In this document: in pieces, positions 57,879 through 64,000 of the stretch
Layout of the letters: every line of letters begins with the position of its first letter
Numbering within the stretch: position 1 is the first letter of the stretch
NCBI GenBank assembly: GCA_965248265.1
Contig: CBDFJF010000001.1
Span: 1,120,001 to 1,184,000 of the forward strand
Direction: 5' to 3'
Source of the DNA: Candidatus Latescibacterota bacterium
GTDB lineage: Bacteria > Latescibacterota > UBA2968 > UBA8231
DNA: 64,000 nucleotides
The notes under the pieces: model-generated
Databases searched by the model: none
Seen by the model: only the letters and a program-made list of their open reading frames with translations
Told to the model about the DNA's origin: nothing
Program-made: the position numbers and the translations under genes

Positions 57879-58601
57879 ATGTCATCCACGCAGACTGCCA
57901 CCGAAAACTTCGAACGCCACCTCTCCGGCAATTCCTATCCAGGCCGGGGTATCGTCCTCGGACGCAGTACCGTGAATACCTGGATCCAGATCTACTGGAT
58001 CATGGGGCGCAGCGACCGCAGCCGCAATCGGGTCCTTGTCGAGGAGGATGGCACCCTGCGGACGGAGGCGGCGGATCCGGAAAAAATGGATGATCCCAGC
58101 CTGGTCATCTACACCGCCATGCATCGCGTGAAAGATCAATACATCGTCACTAATGGCGCCCAGACCGATGCCCTGTTCGCCTGCCTATTGCAGGAGGGCG
58201 AGTTCGTCGACTCCCTGTTACCCTGGTCGCATGAGCCTGACGCTCCCAACTTCACTCCCCGCATCTCGGGTTGTACCGATCACTCCCAGCAGAGCGTCTG
58301 GCTCTCCATCATCAAGGCGAATTCGTCCGACGGTCGCTCCTCGGAGCATCAGTTTTTCCACTACTCGGATATCCCCGAGGGCTTCGGTTATGCGATCACC
58401 ACTTATCAAGGTGACGGCAAGCCGGTTCCACCGTTCGAAGGCACTCCCCTGTTGATGCCACTGCAGGGCGACAGCGAAGAAATCGCACATACCTACTGGA
58501 ATGCGCTGGACCGCGACAACCGTATCGGCCTCGCCGTGCGCACGATCGAGGTTGATGGCTCAGCAACCATAGATGTGACCAACAAATTGCAGCGGCAATA
58601 G
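57879..58601 (+). CDS. purO: Archaeal-type IMP cyclohydrolase (PurO-like, Ntn fold)
   Basis: YPGRG, YWIMGRS..SRNR, SLVIY, VTNG.QTD, EPD.PNFTPRISG, TTY.GDG.P.P.F.G.P. Confidence 0.8.
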   Translation: MSSTQTATENFERHLSGNSYPGRGIVLGRSTVNTWIQIYWIMGRSDRSRNRVLVEEDGTLRTEAADPEKMDDPSLVIYTAMHRVKDQYIVTNGAQTDALFACLLQEGEFVDSLLPWSHEPDAPNFTPRISGCTDHSQQSVWLSIIKANSSDGRSSEHQFFHYSDIPEGFGYAITTYQGDGKPVPPFEGTPLLMPLQGDSEEIAHTYWNALDRDNRIGLAVRTIEVDGSATIDVTNKLQRQ

Positions 58602-58675
58602 CCTCCAACATTTTTTTGCCGCGGCGCTGCGGCCTTTGTTGATTGTAGCGAGAACCCGACAAAGCCGAGCGCGAT

Positions 58676-59584
58676 ATGAATCACTTCTCAAGGGCGGTAT
58701 ACGCCTTGCTGCTTCTCCTGGCACCAAGGCCTTGTGCGGCCTGCTCGTGTGAGGGGCCACCGGGCGCTCCTATGGAGGAGTTGGCATCCCACGACGCAGT
58801 GCTGGCCGGCCGCGTCGTCGAGATCGTAGAACCCGCGGACTTTACGGCGCAGGAATCACTGCTGGTCACTTTCGCTGTATCGTCCGTTTGGAAGGGCGAC
58901 GTTCAGCAGATTACTACGGTCTCTACGGCTCCGAACGGAGCGCAGTGTGGTTACCCCTTTGAGCTGGGCGATCAGTATCTGGTATACGGATACTCGTCGG
59001 TAGATGGTCTACATGCTGGCCTGTGCAGCCTCCGGACAAACATTCTGTCAGCAGCGACTGAGGACACTCAACAACTAGGCGACCCCATCGCCACCTGGCC
59101 AGTTGATGATTCCGATGACTGCTGCACCGTTCCAGAGATTCTCGGAAGGTGGCAAACAGCCTCGAAGGAGGAGTACATCGAGTGGCATATGGTCGAATTC
59201 AGAGCAGACGGGGTCTGCGTGGCCAACATGATCCTGCCGGATGACATCGTCGTGGCGGAGTTCACCTATGCCAGGGAGCGCACCCTGCAGTTCGAGGATG
59301 GGAATCGGGACAAGATCGTCTTCGAGACTGTTCGTTCCGCATACGTGAAACAGGGTGATAAGTGGGTGCCCTCACAGATGGCATCCTGGCGGGAGTTCTA
59401 CTTCGCCCATGGCCGCGATGGTGATTTGACTGCTTATCCGTACGAGCAGGATTGGAACCTTCGAGGCGCCCACTACACGCGGACCAGCAATCCCATCTAC
59501 ACGATCACCCCGGATGGCAGCGTGACATCGATCAGCGCCACGACCTGGGGTGATCTCAAGAGCGCGCCCGAATCGAACCCCTGA
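58676..59584 (+). CDS. Secreted TIMP/NTR-like domain protein with C-terminal WGxxK motif
   Basis: Signal peptide ending CAA then CSC; DAV.AG.V, V..VWKG, CG..F..G..YLV, C..T; tail TSISATTWGDLK. Confidence 0.7.
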   Translation: MNHFSRAVYALLLLLAPRPCAACSCEGPPGAPMEELASHDAVLAGRVVEIVEPADFTAQESLLVTFAVSSVWKGDVQQITTVSTAPNGAQCGYPFELGDQYLVYGYSSVDGLHAGLCSLRTNILSAATEDTQQLGDPIATWPVDDSDDCCTVPEILGRWQTASKEEYIEWHMVEFRADGVCVANMILPDDIVVAEFTYARERTLQFEDGNRDKIVFETVRSAYVKQGDKWVPSQMASWREFYFAHGRDGDLTAYPYEQDWNLRGAHYTRTSNPIYTITPDGSVTSISATTWGDLKSAPESNP

Positions 59585-59612
59585 TCGACGCGAATCGCTG
59601 CCCGGCCTTCCA

Positions 59613-60317
59613 CTACACAAACTTCTCCCGCTTCTGCAACCGCAACAGACCCAACAGCGTCGTCACCACCGCTCCGATGATCAGGTAAACACGGTTGTAG
59701 AAAACGGCAGCCTCCAGCGCCAGATTCTCGTAGCCGTCTACTTGTTCAAAAGGATTGATGTACAGATCCCAGCGAGTGCCGTCTGTGGTTTCAGTCAGCA
59801 TCCAGCAAATGAGAACCGCGATCAGTAGAACCGCGGCCGCGCCGTTGCCATTGCGGATCGTCGTCGCCAGCATGAAACCGACACTGCTCAGAAACGCGAT
59901 CGGAAACATCAGGTGGATGACCATCGCCGCTATCGAAAAGTCGGATAGTGCCGCCTCGCACAGGATCGCCAAAAGCAGCAGCAGCAGGGCGATCACCAGA
60001 TGCTGTACCAGGTGGCGCGCCAGCCAGACTTTGTAACGGTAGTTCGGAATCCCGAACAGGGTCTCCAACATGCGGCCATCCACCTCGCTTTGCACGCTGT
60101 ACGCCGACGGATAAAAGGCCAGCAGAACACCGGGCACCAGCAGGAAGTAATAGATCGACTGCGCGTTCGGCGGCACCTCCTCCTGCACCGTGTGCACGAT
60201 GACGACGATGCAGAACGTGAGCAGAGCCAGCAGCAGGAAATAGATGAACTTGCCAGCGAACACCTGGTTGGCGCTGTAGCGCGTAAAGGCGGTCATGCTG
60301 CGGAGCGTACCCCACAT
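59613..60317 (-). CDS. ABC-2-type permease-like membrane protein (~6 TM)
   Basis: E.DGRMLETLF.IP..R coupling-helix-like motif; hydrophobic helices; C-terminal NR......G..RLQKREKFV; starts 2 nt after the RND-ABC stop. Confidence 0.7.
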   Translation of the reverse strand: MWGTLRSMTAFTRYSANQVFAGKFIYFLLLALLTFCIVVIVHTVQEEVPPNAQSIYYFLLVPGVLLAFYPSAYSVQSEVDGRMLETLFGIPNYRYKVWLARHLVQHLVIALLLLLLAILCEAALSDFSIAAMVIHLMFPIAFLSSVGFMLATTIRNGNGAAAVLLIAVLICWMLTETTDGTRWDLYINPFEQVDGYENLALEAAVFYNRVYLIIGAVVTTLLGLLRLQKREKFV

Positions 60318-60319
60318 GA

Positions 60320-63300
60320 TCAGCCGACCTCCTTGTCGAGCAACCACAGGTAAGAGTCTTCCAGCGTCGGCGTCACCGCCTCGGCTTCGCTCATCGGTTG
60401 GGACGCGGCCAGCAAGCGCACCCGAATGGAGTCTCCATCACGCATGTGGTGGACGATGCGGGCATGCTGACGAAGCTCCTCGAAGCGGGGTTCGCTGACA
60501 TGCGCCTGCCACACCGCGCCGCGGGTCAGCTCCACCATCTCCTGGGGCGTGCCGTGAAAGCGGACTTCGCCGTCTCCCAAGACAGCCAGACGGTTACAGG
60601 AACTCGAGATGTCTTCGATGATGTGGGTGGAGAAAATTACCGCGCGGTCGCGCCCCAACTGGGCAAGCAGATTGCGGAAGCGGATGCGTTCCCGGGGATC
60701 CAATCCGGCCGTAGGCTCGTCCACGAGGAGGATCCGCGGTAACTGCAGTAACGTCTGTGCAATCCCGACACGCTGCTTCATGCCGCCGGAAAACCCGCCG
60801 ATCTTGGTGTCGGCACTGTTGTCCAGGTGCACGGAGCTCAACGCTTCACTCAGCACGCGATGACGCTCTTCGGTGTCCCACTTGCCTTTGAGCAGCGCCT
60901 GGTAGTCTAAAAATTGACGCGCCGTCATGCTCTCGTAGGTGCCGAATTCCTGCGGCAGGTAGCCGATCAATGCCTGTAACTCCTCACGTCGTTCGCTGAG
61001 GTCAATATCATTGACCCGTACCTTGCCCAGGCTTTGATCAAGAATGCCGCAGATGATCCGCATCAACGTGGTCTTGCCGGCGCCATTGGGGCCGATCAAT
61101 CCGAACATGCCGCTTTCGATCTCGAGGGAAACACCTCTCAATGCGACAAACGGTTTCTTGCGTTTGCCGATGACGGGTATCGCCCGCACCATCAGATAAA
61201 AGGCTCTGCGACTACGGCGGAAGCGTCCGGTGATGGCGTCAACGTTGACGCGGCCGCTGTGCAGCCGTCGTGCTCCGCGGTTGATCGCAGCGGCGCCGTA
61301 CCAGAGCCCTCCGACCGTGGCCACGGGAGCCGTTTCATCCCACATCGAATAGAACCAGTAGAGGTTTGGCGCCGGTAGCAGCCAGTAACACAAATGATAG
61401 ACGAAACGAATGGAACGTCGGACGAAACCACCAGCTGTCGGCAGCCATGCCCACGCCAAGTTGAGCACGTGGGCGTGGAATGCGACTGAGAATACGGTGA
61501 TCCAGAAGCCGCTCTGCTGATAGAAGTACGTGAGATAGCAGTGGAAGGCGAGCAACGGCAAGCGCCATACCAAGGACGCCCAGCGCCCACCGCTATCGCC
61601 GTACTTTCCTGGATGATGCTGTTCCTGGCGAGTCCCGCGTCCCCATTGTCGCGCGAAACGGGAAGAGGCATCGTACACCTTGACGACGTTACGAATCGAA
61701 ATACTCAGCGCGACTCCCGCAGGAATGGGATCGGCGCGGCTGTGTCGAAGACTCGTCTGCACGAACCAGGTCAGCCCCGGAACCAGGCCCAGGACCGTGG
61801 CACCCGCGGCGACCTGCCAGAGGACGGAATCCGTGTTGTAATGAATCAGCAACGCCCCAGCGACCAGTGCCGCTATCTGGACGATTTTGATCCTCCAACT
61901 CAGCTGCCGCAGCCAGACCGCGGTCGTAGCGAGTCCGAAGTAGACGGTTGGCACCAACACCAGAGTGAAAACGGTACCCGTGACCAGACCACCAATCACG
62001 GCCGTTGCGAACGGAGCCCCTATCTGCGCGACGTACTCGGCGTTGCCCATGGCCAGAGGCAGCATGGCCAGGATCGTCGACAGCGCCGTGATCAGGATCG
62101 GGCGCACCCTGACCTGCCCCGCCGCCAGTAGTGCCCTACCGAGGCGATATCCCTGGCGTTGCAACAATCGAGCGTAGTCAATCAGTATGATACCATTGTT
62201 GACGACGACGCCCAGCAGAATCAGAAAGCCGACCAGTGCGTTGGCGTTGTAGATGGAGTCACCGGTCAGAATCAAACCCCACAAGGCACCGGTGGCGGCC
62301 AGGGGCAAGGTGATCATCATCGACAGAGGCGCCACAAGCGATTCGAACACCGAGGCCAGAATCATGTAGATGAGCAGAATCGTGGCCCCGATCAGGAAAT
62401 AGAAATCAGCCAGGTCGGTTTCGTCGTGTTCCACCTCCAGTGACATGCCCGCAGGCACATAAAAATCCTCGGCCAGTCTGTCCACGGCCGCACGCGTCTC
62501 ATCCAACAGCTCTTTGGAGCCCGTGACGTCATGGTCGAATCGATAGTTTATCTCGACCTCTTTCTGTTGATTCACGCGGTTGACCTGCCCATAGCCGAAT
62601 TCGTAATGCAGGTCGGCCACATGCATCAACGGCACGGTTCCTCCCGACTCCGTGTTGATTTGCAGCTGGCGCAGATCGTCCACCTGCCGGGGCGGGTGCC
62701 CGGTACTCGACAGCACCACGTCGATTTCATCCGTGCCACGCTTCAGTCTCGCCCGTGATGAGAGCTGGCTCTGGAAGTCGGACAACCCTGAGGCTATGGC
62801 CTCAGGCGCCACCCCGAAATAGGCCGTCGCCGCCTTGTCGACGGCCAGAGCGATCTCCGGTTGTCCTTTTGAGACTCCGGGATTGGCGTGAACGACCCCG
62901 GGCAGGCGCTCGAGATTGTAGCGAATGTCATCAGCCACCGTGAGCATCATCTCAAGGTCATTGCCCCGAAGGATGAGACGCTCAGCTCCCTGTCCAATTC
63001 CCAGCAGTCGCTGGAAAGCCCGGCTGGCGCCAGCGTTGCCACCTCCCTGGTACCGACCCGTACTGGGTTGGTCCGATGAGAAATTCAGGTGCGGAAAAGT
63101 GTCGCGCAGCCGCTTGCTGACGTCCCACCTGATCGTCGCCAAATTACGTCTCGCGATGTCGTAGAACCCCTCCTTCAACTCAAAGGATAGATGCAGATCG
63201 TCAGCCTCGATGTCGAATTGACGCTCCTCTAACTCCTCTATGTCGGCCACCCGGGCATCGATCTGTTGGGCCTGCCGGTCCGCTAACGCCAGGGTGGTAC

Positions 63301-64000
63301 CAGCAGGCAGCGTTGCGTACAGGTCGAAGGTCTTTAACTCCACCTCCTCGGAACTGTCGATGCTCAATGCCAGACTCAAAACCATGCTGAAAAACAGCGC
63401 CGTGACGGCGACGACGACGGTCCGCGCCGGGAAGCGCATGCAGGACTTGAGCAACAACGAATAGATCTGCATCAGACGGTTTCGCTGGGATACCGTATTG
63501 AAGGTTTGGTCACCGGCACCACGTCTGGCAAACAGGCGGTGGGTGAAAACGGGGATCAGCAGCAGGGCGACCACCAGAGACACCAGCAGCGTCGAAATAA
63601 TCGAAACCCCGACCTGCCGCCCCAGTATGCGCACGAGAAAGTTCTCCGAGAACACGAAAGGGAGAAACACGCACACGGTCGTCAACGTCGCCGCTGCCAC
63701 GGCCCGCCAAACCTGAGATACTCCCTTTACCACCGCCTCGTGTACCGGGCCACCGCGAGCCACCTGCCGGTAGATGCTCTCCAGCACCACGATGCTGTTG
63801 TCCAGCAGCATGCCGACGGCGATAGCGATACCGACCATAGACAGCGTGTTCAGGGTTACATCGAGCGCGTAAAGCAAATTCATTGCGATCAACACCGAAA
63901 TCGGCACCGCCGCCGCCACGATGGCCACCAGAGACAGATTGCGCAGAAACACCCACAACACGCCGACAGCCAGCAACGCCCCAACCACGGCCAGCGACTT
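60320..64000 (-). CDS. RND (AcrB/MdtB-type) permease fused to an ABC ATPase domain; 5' part outside the window
   Basis: GMLLDNSIVV.E, TLTT..VFLP, YMILAS.FES, GVVVNNGI, RVRPILIT, GGL; then GPNGAGKT, GYLPQEF, FSGGMKQR, LLVDEP, STH in the same frame. Confidence 0.9.
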   Translation of the reverse strand, partial: KSLAVVGALLAVGVLWVFLRNLSLVAIVAAAVPISVLIAMNLLYALDVTLNTLSMVGIAIAVGMLLDNSIVVLESIYRQVARGGPVHEAVVKGVSQVWRAVAAATLTTVCVFLPFVFSENFLVRILGRQVGVSIISTLLVSLVVALLLIPVFTHRLFARRGAGDQTFNTVSQRNRLMQIYSLLLKSCMRFPARTVVVAVTALFFSMVLSLALSIDSSEEVELKTFDLYATLPAGTTLALADRQAQQIDARVADIEELEERQFDIEADDLHLSFELKEGFYDIARRNLATIRWDVSKRLRDTFPHLNFSSDQPSTGRYQGGGNAGASRAFQRLLGIGQGAERLILRGNDLEMMLTVADDIRYNLERLPGVVHANPGVSKGQPEIALAVDKAATAYFGVAPEAIASGLSDFQSQLSSRARLKRGTDEIDVVLSSTGHPPRQVDDLRQLQINTESGGTVPLMHVADLHYEFGYGQVNRVNQQKEVEINYRFDHDVTGSKELLDETRAAVDRLAEDFYVPAGMSLEVEHDETDLADFYFLIGATILLIYMILASVFESLVAPLSMMITLPLAATGALWGLILTGDSIYNANALVGFLILLGVVVNNGIILIDYARLLQRQGYRLGRALLAAGQVRVRPILITALSTILAMLPLAMGNAEYVAQIGAPFATAVIGGLVTGTVFTLVLVPTVYFGLATTAVWLRQLSWRIKIVQIAALVAGALLIHYNTDSVLWQVAAGATVLGLVPGLTWFVQTSLRHSRADPIPAGVALSISIRNVVKVYDASSRFARQWGRGTRQEQHHPGKYGDSGGRWASLVWRLPLLAFHCYLTYFYQQSGFWITVFSVAFHAHVLNLAWAWLPTAGGFVRRSIRFVYHLCYWLLPAPNLYWFYSMWDETAPVATVGGLWYGAAAINRGARRLHSGRVNVDAITGRFRRSRRAFYLMVRAIPVIGKRKKPFVALRGVSLEIESGMFGLIGPNGAGKTTLMRIICGILDQSLGKVRVNDIDLSERREELQALIGYLPQEFGTYESMTARQFLDYQALLKGKWDTEERHRVLSEALSSVHLDNSADTKIGGFSGGMKQRVGIAQTLLQLPRILLVDEPTAGLDPRERIRFRNLLAQLGRDRAVIFSTHIIEDISSSCNRLAVLGDGEVRFHGTPQEMVELTRGAVWQAHVSEPRFEELRQHARIVHHMRDGDSIRVRLLAASQPMSEAEAVTPTLEDSYLWLLDKEVG

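Noticed and set aside
1-64000. Many overlapping or antisense ORFs in the six-frame track (e.g. 28830-29969 -, 37782-38786 -, 45812-46870 +, 26623-27462 +)
   Set aside because: Shadow ORFs of real genes in GC-rich DNA; no motifs or RBS.
1-64000. CRISPR array, tRNA, rRNA, IS/integrase, prophage
   Set aside because: No regularly spaced repeats, cloverleaf motifs, rRNA signatures, or transposase/phage proteins seen by eye.

Overview
A gene-dense, GC-rich bacterial chromosomal segment with about 50 CDS. I found no rRNA, tRNA, CRISPR array or transposase. The mix of FlgD-Ig/T9SS-like C-terminal domains (NYPNPFN), a recurring C-terminal WGxxK tail, PhyH dioxygenases, Gfo/Idh/MocA, SDR and TonB-dependent proteins suggests an FCB-group candidate phylum such as Ca. 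Latescibacterota (inference, probably a MAG). Housekeeping genes: lysS, prs, pepF, def-like, purO-like. Main signals: (1) an RND permease fused to an ABC ATPase whose nucleotide-binding domain is split by a ~175-aa membrane insert, followed by a small permease gene; (2) a short C-terminal motif T-[AS]-[VI]-x3-[ST]-W-G-x-[VL]-K on three unrelated secreted proteins, with a degenerate copy on a fourth, a candidate minimal sorting signal alongside FlgD-Ig tails; (3) a sigma-54 regulon readable from DNA, with paired C-N2-GATATATC-N2-G sites 20 bp apart about 100 bp upstream of -24/-12 promoters at both a deiodinase-like operon and a kinase/regulator/FapA operon; (4) a structured ~180-nt region with a terminator upstream of lysS, and a promoter-terminator unit of only ~45 nt; (5) several genes collapsed by internal deletions. 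A few small frameshifts, mostly at short base runs, may be assembly errors.
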